From positions 319,116 to 383,115 of the forward strand of contig CP070820.1 of assembly GCA_020344315.1 (NCBI GenBank): a DNA stretch of 64,000 nucleotides. Reading direction: 5' to 3'. Position 1 is the stretch's first letter. The number at the start of each line of letters is the position of its first letter. A program made the position numbers and the translations under genes. Below are positions 17,318-27,279 of this stretch, in pieces. A model generated the notes under the pieces. It was given only the letters and a program-made list of their open reading frames with translations, was not told the DNA's origin and did no database searches. Source of the DNA: Candidatus Bathyarchaeum sp. (lineage in GTDB: Archaea; Thermoproteota; Bathyarchaeia; Bathyarchaeales; Bathyarchaeaceae).

Positions 17318-19435
17318 CTATTTTTTTATGTTGCTCCTTTCAAACGACCGAGCCTTCGGCTGATAAATACACCATGGATCTTCTGCCATATAATTACCCC
17401 GTGTTTCTGTTGGATTGTGCAGAGCACCACAAAAGTCCATGAAATCAGTTGATACGCCATAGGCTCTAGCGCGGCATCCTCCGCATATATCATGGAATTC
17501 GCATATTCCACATTTTCCTTTTAGCTGGTCAAAGTCGCGCAGAGCCTTGAAGACCTCCGAGTTGAACCAAATATCCCTAAAAGACCTGTCGCGGATGTTC
17601 CCAAGACTAACCGGCATGTATGGACAGGGAGTAACCTCCCCCGAAGGATAGATACGACAATAATAAAGGCCAGCCATGCAGCCGCGAACCCAACGGCTCA
17701 TGTCAACCCCCTGTTCCTCAGCAACCCGCATAAACTGGGGAGCACACGAGGGCTTTATATTCATTTTATACTTGGTGGTCTGGGCGAGCGTGCTCGTAAT
17801 CATTTCTTCATACATCCTCGGCGTTATATCCTCGACATTTGTTCCTCTTCCTGTCGGCACCAAGAAGAATAGATGAAAATTTTCCACCCCAAGATTTTCA
17901 GCCAAAGACATTATGTCATCTACTTCATTGTAATTCTGTCTGGTCACTGTGGCATTCACCTGAACGTGTATGCCGTTCCTTTTGAGAGCGTAGATGGCAT
18001 TTACTGCATGTTCCCAGCAGCCCTTAACTCCCCGGAATTCGTCATGCCTCTCTGGAATGCTTGAGTCTAGGCTAATTGCAACCGTCGACATTCCCGAATC
18101 TTTGAGTTTTCTAGCAACGTCATCGTCGATAAGCATCCCGTTACTTCCCATCCCTATCTTTAAGCCACGGTCTGCGCCATATCGAATAATCTCGAAGATG
18201 TCCTCTCTCAGGAGTGGCTCGCCACCACTCAAGATTAAGAGAGGTCTACTGACCTCAACAATCTGGTGTATAAGCATCTTCGCCGCATCAGTGCTCAATT
18301 CATCTCTAAATTCCTTTTCACCAGCGTTGATGTAACAGTGAGAGCACTTCAGATTGCATCTTAATGTTACGTTCCAAGACACAACTAGGGGAACATACTT
18401 CTCTGCAGACGGTGCAGTTGAGGTGGGAGCAAGCCTGATTCGAAATTCACACTTTCCGTTTGTAGCCATCCTTAGAGGTTGCGACACACCCACAGGGAAG
18501 GGAATAACCTTTTCGAACATTGATTGGGCATGAGATTTACAGAAGTACGTACAGAAGAGTTGGGATGTTTCACTTTTTGTGCCCAGTTCAGCTTCCATGT
18601 AGCTGTGGCTTCCGTGGATAGGGCAGTTCAAGAATCGCATGAAGCCTCCCAGGTTCTTCATGTCCATCTTGTGCTCAATGAAATGGTCACAAAGCATTAA
18701 TTTCTGCAATTTTTCCTTCGGCATACCAACTTTGAGCGTAACATTGAAGGCGGAGTCAACGGTTTCATCTCCAAACCTCTTTCCAAGACGACTCATAGTT
18801 TCCCTGAGCTCTTCTAACCCTATGTCATCGGCTAATCTCTCCATGATCAAAAAACCCTTTATCGTCTCGTATTCTTGACGCAAACGCATCTCCACGACAT
18901 GTTCAGCCCACTCGCGAAACAGGCTTTGGAGTCTATCTCTGGCTCCAGGGTCCTTTCTATCAAGCATGTCCTCGACTTTTTTGGTCTCTTCCGTGAGCTT
19001 CTGGAAGCGAAGAATCTTCTCGTCTACGCTGAGATTTTGCCTTTTAATTGCGCCTCCTGCATTCATTGTAATGGGTATACTATCATGCAGGAGTTCTTTA
19101 GCATCGGAGACGAAATCGCTGTAAAATCTCCACAAAGGTCTTTCTACAGAGGGGACATCAACTCTCAGTTCTTCAAGGACCAACCTGTATTCGGAAGCCA
19201 TTTTGGTTACCATTGCCATGTGATACAACAATGATCCTTCCATTCCGGGATCACTGTTTCTGCCGGTGGAACCGTGGAAGACCTCGTAAGCTAACCTCTT
19301 TGCCGTTTTATGGTCTCCGGAAGCTGTGGCTTTTGAAGCTTTGTCTATCTTTCTCTTTCTCGCCTTTAATAACAAAGCCCACTTATGACAATGTCCCTCA
19401 TTGAACTTCGTTAAGGATGCCCTCTCCTCTCCCAC
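17318..19435 (-). CDS. Radical SAM/SPASM enzyme of AhbC/AhbD/NirJ type fused to an about 340-aa N-terminal helical / ATC-hydrolase-like domain
   Basis: CNLKCSHC (CxxxCxxC) at about residue 360, and FLVPTGRG. SPASM region GC.AG..YCRIYPSGEVTPCPYMP..LGN...SF.DIW, GKCGICEF...CGGCRARAY, EDPWCIYQP. The N-terminal part ends with a LCDHF...FC..FCKSHAQ...ATNGKCEFRI pattern. Confidence 0.85.
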   Translation of the reverse strand: MGEERASLTKFNEGHCHKWALLLKARKRKIDKASKATASGDHKTAKRLAYEVFHGSTGRNSDPGMEGSLLYHMAMVTKMASEYRLVLEELRVDVPSVERPLWRFYSDFVSDAKELLHDSIPITMNAGGAIKRQNLSVDEKILRFQKLTEETKKVEDMLDRKDPGARDRLQSLFREWAEHVVEMRLRQEYETIKGFLIMERLADDIGLEELRETMSRLGKRFGDETVDSAFNVTLKVGMPKEKLQKLMLCDHFIEHKMDMKNLGGFMRFLNCPIHGSHSYMEAELGTKSETSQLFCTYFCKSHAQSMFEKVIPFPVGVSQPLRMATNGKCEFRIRLAPTSTAPSAEKYVPLVVSWNVTLRCNLKCSHCYINAGEKEFRDELSTDAAKMLIHQIVEVSRPLLILSGGEPLLREDIFEIIRYGADRGLKIGMGSNGMLIDDDVARKLKDSGMSTVAISLDSSIPERHDEFRGVKGCWEHAVNAIYALKRNGIHVQVNATVTRQNYNEVDDIMSLAENLGVENFHLFFLVPTGRGTNVEDITPRMYEEMITSTLAQTTKYKMNIKPSCAPQFMRVAEEQGVDMSRWVRGCMAGLYYCRIYPSGEVTPCPYMPVSLGNIRDRSFRDIWFNSEVFKALRDFDQLKGKCGICEFHDICGGCRARAYGVSTDFMDFCGALHNPTETRGNYMAEDPWCIYQPKARSFERSNIKK

Positions 19436-19834
19436 AATTTCATGGCGTTAAAGCAATAAAAGGGTTAATAAATTCTCTGATTTTCCGAACTTTTTTGAAA
19501 TTTGACTTAAAATCAAGTTGGGTATTGTCTTTGGAATGAGGTTTCTGTTGTGTGACCTGTTCCTGCAGAGCTTAAAATAATCGGTTTGATGCTCTACGTT
19601 CTATCAGATTTGTTGTTTTCTCCTTTCTGTTTTGGAGGTTTTAGTGATACATGAATGTTTATTTTCTAAAATGTTTCGTTCATTATGTTCTATTCCTGAA
19701 AATACATTAAAAATTCTTTTTTGGCTCAAGCATCCCCTTTTTAAGGTTAAAACTCCCTTATCTGAGCCTTTCGAAAGGTAAATAAGCATCTAGATAAGTG
19801 AATAAATCCAAACTGATGCTAGAGGTAGCTTAAA

Positions 19835-22180
19835 TTGGTTAAGAAAGGTTTAGTTGTTAAAGCAAAAGAACTGAAAACAGACGTTGCCCTCGTAAAGAAT
19901 CTTGAGTTGTCCATCGGCAAGATCATCGATGACACTTGGGATGAACCAATGGGTCCAACTCCCTTCCCGTCAATGACTGATCTGAGAGATTGGGACTTCA
20001 AGCTTCTGCAGCGCTACAAACCATTTTATCTGCCTTACTGTGATGTCTGCTGTCTCTGCACTTTCGGAAAGTGCGACCTGTCAGGAGACAAACGAGGGGC
20101 CTGTGGATTAAACATGGCTGCTCAGCAGTCAAGGATAGTTCTCCTCGCATGTTGTATCGGAGCTGCTACACACATTGCACACGGTCGACATTTAATTGAT
20201 CATCTGATAGAAAAATATGGTCGACGAATCCCCCTTGATTCGGGCGGCTTAAATATCGACGTCGAAGCTCCTGTTACTCGTCTCGTCGTTGGAGTAAAAC
20301 CAGAAACTCTCCAAGATTTGGAAGAAGTCCTAGATTGGTGTGAAGAACAAGTTACAAGCTGTCTTTCTTCCGCTCACACAGGACAAGAGGGAAATAACAT
20401 AGACTTCGAGTCAAAAGCTTTCCACGTTGGAATGGCAGACCAAGTCGGAATGGAAGTCGCTGACCTCGCTCAGATTTCGGTTCTTAACTTACCAAAAGCT
20501 GACCCTGAAGCCCCACTTGTAGAGTTGGGTTTCGGAGTAGCAGATGTCAAGAAACCAACAATTCTTGTTATTGGTCACAACGTTCCATCAAGCGTTGGAA
20601 TAATTGATTATCTCACAAAAAAGAAGATGCTGGGCAAAGTCGAAGTTGTAGGAATCTGCTGTACAGCCCACGACCTAACTCGATACGAGCCCTCAGCAAA
20701 GATTGTTGGTCCAATTTCCTGGCAACTAAAATACATCAGAAGCGGACTTGCCGACCTGATCGTCGTTGACGAACAATGTATCAGAGCAGACACTCTGGAA
20801 GAAGCACAAAAAGTCAAAACACCTGTAATAGCATCAAGCCCCAAAAACTGTTTGGGTCTCAAAAACAGAACCAACGACTTAGCGAAAGAACTCGTAGACG
20901 ATCTGGTTGAAGCCAAAGTTCCTGGTGTGCTAATCTTAGATCCTGACAAAGCTGGAGAAGTTGCTGTTGAAGCAGCTATAGCTGTTGCCCCAAAAAGAAA
21001 GAGGTTTAACATAATTCCAGATCTTGAGGCAATTAAAGCAGCAGGTGAAGCTTGCGGTGGCTGCAACGAATGTATACGTGCATGTCCAAACAATCAACCA
21101 ATCCCTGAAGCAATGAAAGCCGCAGCATTAGGTGACCTTGACCCCTTGGCCACAATCCTCGGCGAATGTGTAGGATGCGCTCGATGCGATAGTGCATGCC
21201 CCAAGGATTTTTCACTCCACAGTTTCATGATAAAGGCAGGAGAGGAAAAGTTGTGGGAAGAAAAGTTCATGATGCGATCTGGGCGTGGTTCCATATCAGA
21301 TGTTGAAATCAGAAACGTTGGTGGTCCTATAGTACTGGGAGAGATTCCGGGAGTCATCGCTATAGTAGGATGTTCCAACTATCCTGAAGGTGGCGAAGCA
21401 GTGGCAGAAATTGCTGAAGAATTCGCGAAACGCAGATTCATAGTTGTCCTCTCCGGATGTGCAGCCATGTCTGTCGCAACGGTAAAAGATGAAGAAGGAA
21501 AATCTCTGTATGAGAAATACCCTGGCGGATTCGAAGCTGGAGGTATCCTAAACGTAGGTTCATGTGTTTCTAACTCTCACATAGCCGGAGCCGCCATCAA
21601 AATTGCGAGCATCTTCGCAAAAAGAAACTTACGTGCTAATTACGAAGAAATTGCTGATTACATCCACAACCGAGTTGGGGCTGTTGGACTTGCTTGGGGT
21701 GCTTACTCCCAAAAAGCAGCTGCGATAGCTTCTGGTTTCTGGAGACTTGGAGTCCCCGTAGTGGTCGGTCCGCATGGATCCAAGTATAGGCGTATGCTTC
21801 TTGGACGAGCCGATAAAAAGGAAGATTGGTACGTTTATGATGCCCGAACAGGCGACAGAGTTTACGTCGGTCCTGCTCCTGAACATCTGTTCACAACCGC
21901 AGAGTCAAAGGAAGAAGCTATAGTGATGCTGATGAAGCTCTGTATGCGACCAAACGACACAACTAAGGGTCGAAGTATGAAGTTGACCCACTACATTGAC
22001 TCGCACAAACGATACTTCGGTGTTATGCCCGACGATGTTCACTTGTTTATCAGAAACAAGATGGACATACCCATCACTATGAAGCCCGAAATCCTCAAAA
22101 TCCTCGAAGAGAAAGGCTGGAAAGAAACAAGAATTCCAGACCCAACTCTATTAAAAAGAATGATTAGGAAAAGAGGTTGA
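19835..22180 (+). CDS. cdhA: Acetyl-CoA decarbonylase/synthase complex alpha subunit (CODH catalytic subunit)
   Basis: 781 aa. WDFKLLQRY.P...PYCDVCCLCTFGKCDL..DKRGACG, HGRHL.DHLIE, two ferredoxin-type CxxCxxCxxxCP motifs mid-protein, GSCVSN.HI. Colinear with methanogen CdhA. The start codon is uncertain. Confidence 0.93.
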   Translation: MVKKGLVVKAKELKTDVALVKNLELSIGKIIDDTWDEPMGPTPFPSMTDLRDWDFKLLQRYKPFYLPYCDVCCLCTFGKCDLSGDKRGACGLNMAAQQSRIVLLACCIGAATHIAHGRHLIDHLIEKYGRRIPLDSGGLNIDVEAPVTRLVVGVKPETLQDLEEVLDWCEEQVTSCLSSAHTGQEGNNIDFESKAFHVGMADQVGMEVADLAQISVLNLPKADPEAPLVELGFGVADVKKPTILVIGHNVPSSVGIIDYLTKKKMLGKVEVVGICCTAHDLTRYEPSAKIVGPISWQLKYIRSGLADLIVVDEQCIRADTLEEAQKVKTPVIASSPKNCLGLKNRTNDLAKELVDDLVEAKVPGVLILDPDKAGEVAVEAAIAVAPKRKRFNIIPDLEAIKAAGEACGGCNECIRACPNNQPIPEAMKAAALGDLDPLATILGECVGCARCDSACPKDFSLHSFMIKAGEEKLWEEKFMMRSGRGSISDVEIRNVGGPIVLGEIPGVIAIVGCSNYPEGGEAVAEIAEEFAKRRFIVVLSGCAAMSVATVKDEEGKSLYEKYPGGFEAGGILNVGSCVSNSHIAGAAIKIASIFAKRNLRANYEEIADYIHNRVGAVGLAWGAYSQKAAAIASGFWRLGVPVVVGPHGSKYRRMLLGRADKKEDWYVYDARTGDRVYVGPAPEHLFTTAESKEEAIVMLMKLCMRPNDTTKGRSMKLTHYIDSHKRYFGVMPDDVHLFIRNKMDIPITMKPEILKILEEKGWKETRIPDPTLLKRMIRKRG

Positions 22181-22185
22181 TAAAA

Positions 22186-22731
22186 ATGAGCGCAAAACCA
22201 GAACCTTGGCAAACAGCAGAAATAGCAGGACCCAAAAAGGCTCTCGTCATCACGAAACCTGAAATAGCTGCGGCAATGATAAAACGGGCAAAACGCTCCA
22301 TCCTTGTTGTCGGATACTTGTCCACCAAAACTGACAAAGACACTGGCAAAATGATCGACTATGCCATCCGGCTAAACAAAGCAGCGGGAATCCCAATTGT
22401 CGCCACCGCACATACCATACAGGAATTTGTGAAAAAAGGATTTGAGCAAGCAACACAGATGAACGCCATGGATATCGGCAACCGACTCAAAGACCCAACA
22501 TGGAAGGGTCTTGACGGAAAGGGTCCATATGATGTGGCTCTGTTCATGGGACTACCCTATTACATGGAGTTCGTGATCTTATCCGGACTAAAGCACTTCT
22601 CCACAAATCTCAAGACCATAAGCTTGGACAGGTATTACAACCCCCATGCAACTTGGTCTTTCCCAAACCTCAAGGTAGAGGATTGGAATCAAAGTTTTGA
22701 AACCATGATAAGCAAGTTAGGAGGAAATTAA
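22186..22731 (+). CDS. cdhB: Acetyl-CoA decarbonylase/synthase complex epsilon subunit
   Basis: About 180 aa directly after cdhA. N-terminus PWQ.AEIAGPK.A......E.AA.MIK.AKR..LVVG. ATG 22186 has GAGG upstream (the track opens at TTG 22177). Confidence 0.85.
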   Translation: MSAKPEPWQTAEIAGPKKALVITKPEIAAAMIKRAKRSILVVGYLSTKTDKDTGKMIDYAIRLNKAAGIPIVATAHTIQEFVKKGFEQATQMNAMDIGNRLKDPTWKGLDGKGPYDVALFMGLPYYMEFVILSGLKHFSTNLKTISLDRYYNPHATWSFPNLKVEDWNQSFETMISKLGGN

Positions 22732-22735
22732 GAAA

Positions 22736-24121
22736 ATGTCAATGTTTGAAGACATCCCTGTCGATGTCGGAGTAATCTATGAAGGAGAAAGAATCCGAAG
22801 AAAAAACATGCAAGTAGAACTAGGAGGACCAAAGCAAGAAACAAAGTTCGAGCTAGTGCGAGCCAAAAAAATGGATGAAGTCGAAGACGAGAAAATAACA
22901 ATAATCGGACCAGATCTGAAAGACTTGGCAGAAGGAAGCAGTGTTCCCTTTGGAATCTACATAGAGATCGCTGGCAAAAACGTTGAAGAAGACCTTGAGG
23001 GCGTAACTGAACGCCGCATCCACGAATACTGCAACTTCATCGAAGGAATCATGCACCTTAACCAACGCTACGATATATGGATGCGACTAAGCAAAAAGTC
23101 ATTCAAAAAGGGGCTAAACTCCTTCACTCACATCGGAAAAGTCTTGGCAAGGCTCTACAAGAGCGAGTTGCCCTTCATCGAAAAGATACAGATCACCTTC
23201 ATAACCGACCCAGAAAAAATAAAAGAAATGTCTAAACAAGCCCTGGAAATTTATGAAGCCAGAGATGCAAAAGCCAGAGGAATGAAGGACGAAGAGGTTG
23301 ACACCTTCTACGGTTGCACGCTTTGTCAATCCTTCGCGCCGACCCACATGTGCGTTATCACTCCTCAACGATACTCCAACTGCGGATCCATCAGCTGGTT
23401 CGACGGCAGAGCCTCAGCGCAGGTCGACCCGAAAGGCCCAGTTTTCGCTATCGAAAAAGGAGAGTTGCTGGATCCAGAGAAAGGCGAATTCTCTGGCATC
23501 AACGAGTCTATTAAGCAAAAGACTTTGGGCGCAGTTGATAAAGTGTGGATGTATACTGGTTTCGGTTATCCTCACACCTCCTGCGGTTGTTTCGAGGCCA
23601 TGGCCTTCTATATCCCAGAAGTAGAAGGTTACGGCATAGTTGATAGAGGATTCAAAGGAGTAACCGTAAACGGGCTACCCTTCTCAACCCTAGCCGATTC
23701 AGGTGCCGGAGGCAGACAGGTGGATGGCTTCCATGGTATATCAATCGAATACATGAGGTCGCCAAAGTTCATGCAAGCCGATGGAGGCTGGGACCGAATA
23801 GTCTGGATGCCTGCAAGCGTCAAGGAACGGGTTAAAGAATTCATGCCCAAAGAAGCTGTAGTAGCTACTGAAAATGAGGCAAAGACTGTTGACGAGCTGA
23901 AAGTTTTCCTTAAGGAGCATAGTCACCCTATTGTTCAACAATGGAAAGAGGCTCCTGTTGAGGTCACACCCACAGCTGAAGGCGAAGAAGCAATGGAAGC
24001 AGCTGCATTTCCGGTTTCTACAGCCACTGTGGCTGCTGGTGGATTCAGGATAATCTTCAAAAACGCCAAAATCCACGCAGAAAAAGTAATCATTAAACGT
24101 GTTGATAAAGCGAAGAGGTGA
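22736..24121 (+). CDS. cdhC: Acetyl-CoA decarbonylase/synthase complex beta subunit (acetyl-CoA synthase, A-cluster)
   Basis: CTLCQSFAPTHMCVITPQR...CG.ISW.DGRA and SCGCFE, which are A-cluster ligand motifs. 461 aa. Confidence 0.93.
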   Translation: MSMFEDIPVDVGVIYEGERIRRKNMQVELGGPKQETKFELVRAKKMDEVEDEKITIIGPDLKDLAEGSSVPFGIYIEIAGKNVEEDLEGVTERRIHEYCNFIEGIMHLNQRYDIWMRLSKKSFKKGLNSFTHIGKVLARLYKSELPFIEKIQITFITDPEKIKEMSKQALEIYEARDAKARGMKDEEVDTFYGCTLCQSFAPTHMCVITPQRYSNCGSISWFDGRASAQVDPKGPVFAIEKGELLDPEKGEFSGINESIKQKTLGAVDKVWMYTGFGYPHTSCGCFEAMAFYIPEVEGYGIVDRGFKGVTVNGLPFSTLADSGAGGRQVDGFHGISIEYMRSPKFMQADGGWDRIVWMPASVKERVKEFMPKEAVVATENEAKTVDELKVFLKEHSHPIVQQWKEAPVEVTPTAEGEEAMEAAAFPVSTATVAAGGFRIIFKNAKIHAEKVIIKRVDKAKR

Positions 24122-24127
24122 AAGCAG

Positions 24128-25336
24128 ATGCCCGAGAGGGCTGAGAAGAAGCCCGACATTAAGCTTCCCCCAGAAATTCTTGAACTTCTTACTGGCGTTG
24201 AAGAACTTGAACTCGAAGATGTTGAGATAGAAGTCGGAGACCTCGAAATATGGTATCAACCAGGAGCATTGACCCGAATCCCGAGAATTATTGCTCCAAC
24301 AAAAGTCAAACCAACATCCATCCTGGAAGCTCCCTTCATGCCTCCTGTGCTGAAGTATCCAGGAGAAATCGTGGAGGTAAAGCTTGGAGCCACCAAGAGC
24401 GAGGGGGGAAGCCGAGGAAAACCTGTTATAATTGGCGGAGAAAAGTCGCCAGCCTTTTACACCTTTGAAAATCTAACGCCCCATCCTCCAGTGATTTCCT
24501 TTGATGTTTTTGACTCCAAAGTGCCCTTACCAAAAGCTGTGAAAATGAACTTCAAGGATGTAGTAGAAGACCCAGTAGCATGGGCCAAATTTTCTGTTGA
24601 CAAGTTCGAGGCAGACATGATTACCCTTCATCTTGTTAGCATAGATCCTTTAAACCCGAAGCCCTCGACACCTGCGGAAGCCGCGAAAACCGTGGAAGAT
24701 GTGTTGCAAGCCGTGGATGTTCCCCTTATCGTGGGAGGCTGCGGAGACCCCAAGAAAGACTTGGAGGTCTTTGAGAAGGTGACTGAGGTAGCTGCGGGAG
24801 AAAGACTCCTCATCAGCACAGTAACCTTAGACATGGACATAGAAAAGACGGCTAAACTAATCAAGAAGCACGGTCACGTCGCTTTAGCTTTCTCTCCCAT
24901 GGACCTGAACCAAGCAAGGGAGCTGAACAGGCGTCTCTTCGAATTCCTTCCAAAGGAACAGATAGTGATGGATACAACAACAGCGGCGCTGGGATATGGA
25001 CTTGACTACGCCTTTACCATAATGGAACGGGCACGCCTAGCTGGTTTGATGGGAGATCCGGAGCTTCAGCAACCCATGTCTTCTGGAACAACCAACGCTT
25101 GGGCAGCAAGAGAAGCTTGGCAGAAAATGGATCCACAATGGGGAGCCCGGGAACTTCGAGGACCCCTCTGGGAAACCGTTACAGCCCTGACACTATTGTT
25201 AGCTGGCGTCGACGTATTCATGATGATGCATCCGGCAGCCGTCAGAACCCTCCAAAACACTGTCAAGAGATTGTCAGGAAAGAGAGGGTTAGGAGACGCT
25301 AGAAAGATCGCTAACTGGATATCCGCGAAATTCTGA
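24128..25336 (+). CDS. cdhD: Acetyl-CoA decarbonylase/synthase complex delta subunit (corrinoid Fe-S protein small subunit)
   Basis: 402 aa in the cdhC-cdhD-cdhE position. TIM-barrel-like corrinoid protein pattern (ADMITLHL.S.DP, VPLIVGGCGDP). Confidence 0.9.
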   Translation: MPERAEKKPDIKLPPEILELLTGVEELELEDVEIEVGDLEIWYQPGALTRIPRIIAPTKVKPTSILEAPFMPPVLKYPGEIVEVKLGATKSEGGSRGKPVIIGGEKSPAFYTFENLTPHPPVISFDVFDSKVPLPKAVKMNFKDVVEDPVAWAKFSVDKFEADMITLHLVSIDPLNPKPSTPAEAAKTVEDVLQAVDVPLIVGGCGDPKKDLEVFEKVTEVAAGERLLISTVTLDMDIEKTAKLIKKHGHVALAFSPMDLNQARELNRRLFEFLPKEQIVMDTTTAALGYGLDYAFTIMERARLAGLMGDPELQQPMSSGTTNAWAAREAWQKMDPQWGARELRGPLWETVTALTLLLAGVDVFMMMHPAAVRTLQNTVKRLSGKRGLGDARKIANWISAKF

Positions 25337-25349
25337 GGAGTGATTGGGT

Positions 25350-26774
25350 ATGACAGAAAGAGAAGTTAAACGACGTGGAATGAAGGAACTCAGCCCCATT
25401 GACGTTTACATGCTGCTTCCCAAGACAAACTGTAAAGAATGTGGCGAAGAAAACTGCATGGCGTTTGCCACGAAAGTTGTGAATAGGGAAGTGAGTATAG
25501 ACCAGTGTTCTCCACTCTTAACGAAAGAGTATGAAAAGAACTACAAACAGCTCTCGGAAATGCTTAAGCCAGCTGTCAAAGAGTTAAGTGTTGGTGTTGG
25601 CGACAGTGCGGTTACTGTTGGCGGAAAGCTGGTTATGTATCGCCACGAATTCACATATTTCAATCCGACTGCAATTGCCATCGATGTTACAGATGAGATG
25701 TCTGAGGAAGAAATTTTGGGCAGAGTGAAGAAGACTCACGAGTTCACCTACACGTACATAGGCAACCAACTTAAACTTCAAATGGTGGCAGTTCGTTCTA
25801 TCTCCAGCGACCCCGAGAAATTCAAAGCTGCAGTTAAGAAAGTTGCCGAAAACACGAATTTGCCGCTTATTCTATGTTCCTTTGATCCAGCCATCATTGA
25901 AAGCGGTTTGATGGCAATTCCGAAAGCCAGACCTCTGATCTATGCGGCTACAAAAGAGAACTGGAAGGACATGGCGGAACTGGCTCTAATGTACAATTGC
26001 CCATTGGCTGTTTCAGCACCAAACGATCTTACTCTTCTCCGATCCTTGGTTAAGACCCTGAGAGAATACGGTGTCGAAGACCTTGTTTTGGATCCGGGTA
26101 CATTTCCCAGCGAAGGTTTGGGAGACACCGTTAACAACTTTACCATGATTCGGCGAGCAGCATGTAACATGGGCGACGATCTGCTAGGTTATCCTATAAT
26201 TGGTACCCCTATTGTAGCTTGGACCGAACCTGCAAGCTCTCCAACAGCGAGCGCTTGGAAAGAAGCTCAGGTTGCCTCTATGCTCGTGAACCGCTACGCT
26301 GACATCTTGATCATGCATAGCACAGAAGGTTGGGCGCTTCTTCCATTGACAGTCTTGCGGCAGAACATTTACACTGACCCAAGAAAACCCGTGGCTGTAG
26401 AAGCAGGCTTGAGAACCTTTGGAGCGCCTGATGAAAACTCGCCTGTGCTGATGACTACCAATTTTGCATTGACATACTACACTGTGGCGCAAGACATCGA
26501 GTCTACTGGTGTAGCTTCCTATCTGCTAGTCGTTGATTCTGAGGGAACAGCTGTGGACAGCGGTGTTGCGGGTCGAAAGATGACTGCCGAAACTGTGGCA
26601 GAAGCCATCAAAGAAAGCGAGATAGAGAAGAAGGTTAAGCATAGAAAGCTGATCATACCCGGTAAAGCGGCACGTATCAGCGGAGAGATAGAGGAACTCT
26701 CAAACTGGGAAGTCTTGGTTGGACCACGAGACTCTTCTGGTATTCCAAAATTCCTGCAAGAAAAATGGAAATAG
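25350..26774 (+). CDS. cdhE: Acetyl-CoA decarbonylase/synthase complex gamma subunit (corrinoid Fe-S protein large subunit)
   Basis: N-terminal [4Fe-4S] motif LPKTNCKECGEENCMAFA. About 470 aa. ATG 25350 lies 7 nt after GAGGAGTGA (the track opens at TTG 25344). Confidence 0.9.
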   Translation: MTEREVKRRGMKELSPIDVYMLLPKTNCKECGEENCMAFATKVVNREVSIDQCSPLLTKEYEKNYKQLSEMLKPAVKELSVGVGDSAVTVGGKLVMYRHEFTYFNPTAIAIDVTDEMSEEEILGRVKKTHEFTYTYIGNQLKLQMVAVRSISSDPEKFKAAVKKVAENTNLPLILCSFDPAIIESGLMAIPKARPLIYAATKENWKDMAELALMYNCPLAVSAPNDLTLLRSLVKTLREYGVEDLVLDPGTFPSEGLGDTVNNFTMIRRAACNMGDDLLGYPIIGTPIVAWTEPASSPTASAWKEAQVASMLVNRYADILIMHSTEGWALLPLTVLRQNIYTDPRKPVAVEAGLRTFGAPDENSPVLMTTNFALTYYTVAQDIESTGVASYLLVVDSEGTAVDSGVAGRKMTAETVAEAIKESEIEKKVKHRKLIIPGKAARISGEIEELSNWEVLVGPRDSSGIPKFLQEKWK

Positions 26775-26859
26775 AACTGCGTATGCAGAAATTATTCATA
26801 GCTGTGACTTAGACTCTCTCTTAACATGTGGAACCCTCAACTGTAAATTCTTTGATGAC

Positions 26860-27171
26860 TCACACCAACAAAATTGGGGCTTCAGCAGACTCTGGCTTTC
26901 TCAGAAGATTTGACATTTCATTGTAACTTTCGATATATTGAATACCTTTAGCAGTTGTTTCGTAGACTCTCTTCCTGTTCTCTACGCGGACCCGAAGGAA
27001 CCCCATTTCAGTTAAGAATGAAAGATACTCTTTCAGTTGGCTAAAACTCAAATTCACTCCATACATGATCTGGGTCTTCAGTCGCCCTCCATTTGCTAAC
27101 TCCATTATTTCCGCCATTATGCCGAGTCGGTCTCTCCGTTCCCAGAGGGTTTGCACATTACTACTTTTCAA
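26860..27171 (-). CDS. Small archaeal winged-helix regulator (HTH_45-like)
   Basis: 103 aa. RDRL.I...I.E.A.GG..KT.IMY..NLSF.QLKEYL.FL.E.G.L. Paralogous in pattern to 38242-38571. Confidence 0.6.
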   Translation of the reverse strand: MKSSNVQTLWERRDRLGIMAEIMELANGGRLKTQIMYGVNLSFSQLKEYLSFLTEMGFLRVRVENRKRVYETTAKGIQYIESYNEMSNLLRKPESAEAPILLV

Positions 27172-27279
27172 GACACTTCCTCGCTAATTTTGTTACAGAT
27201 TGTTCTTCTATACAACTAAGCCATAAATACGGTGTTTCCTTGAAACATATATTCCAGTAACAAGAATATGGCGAAAAGT

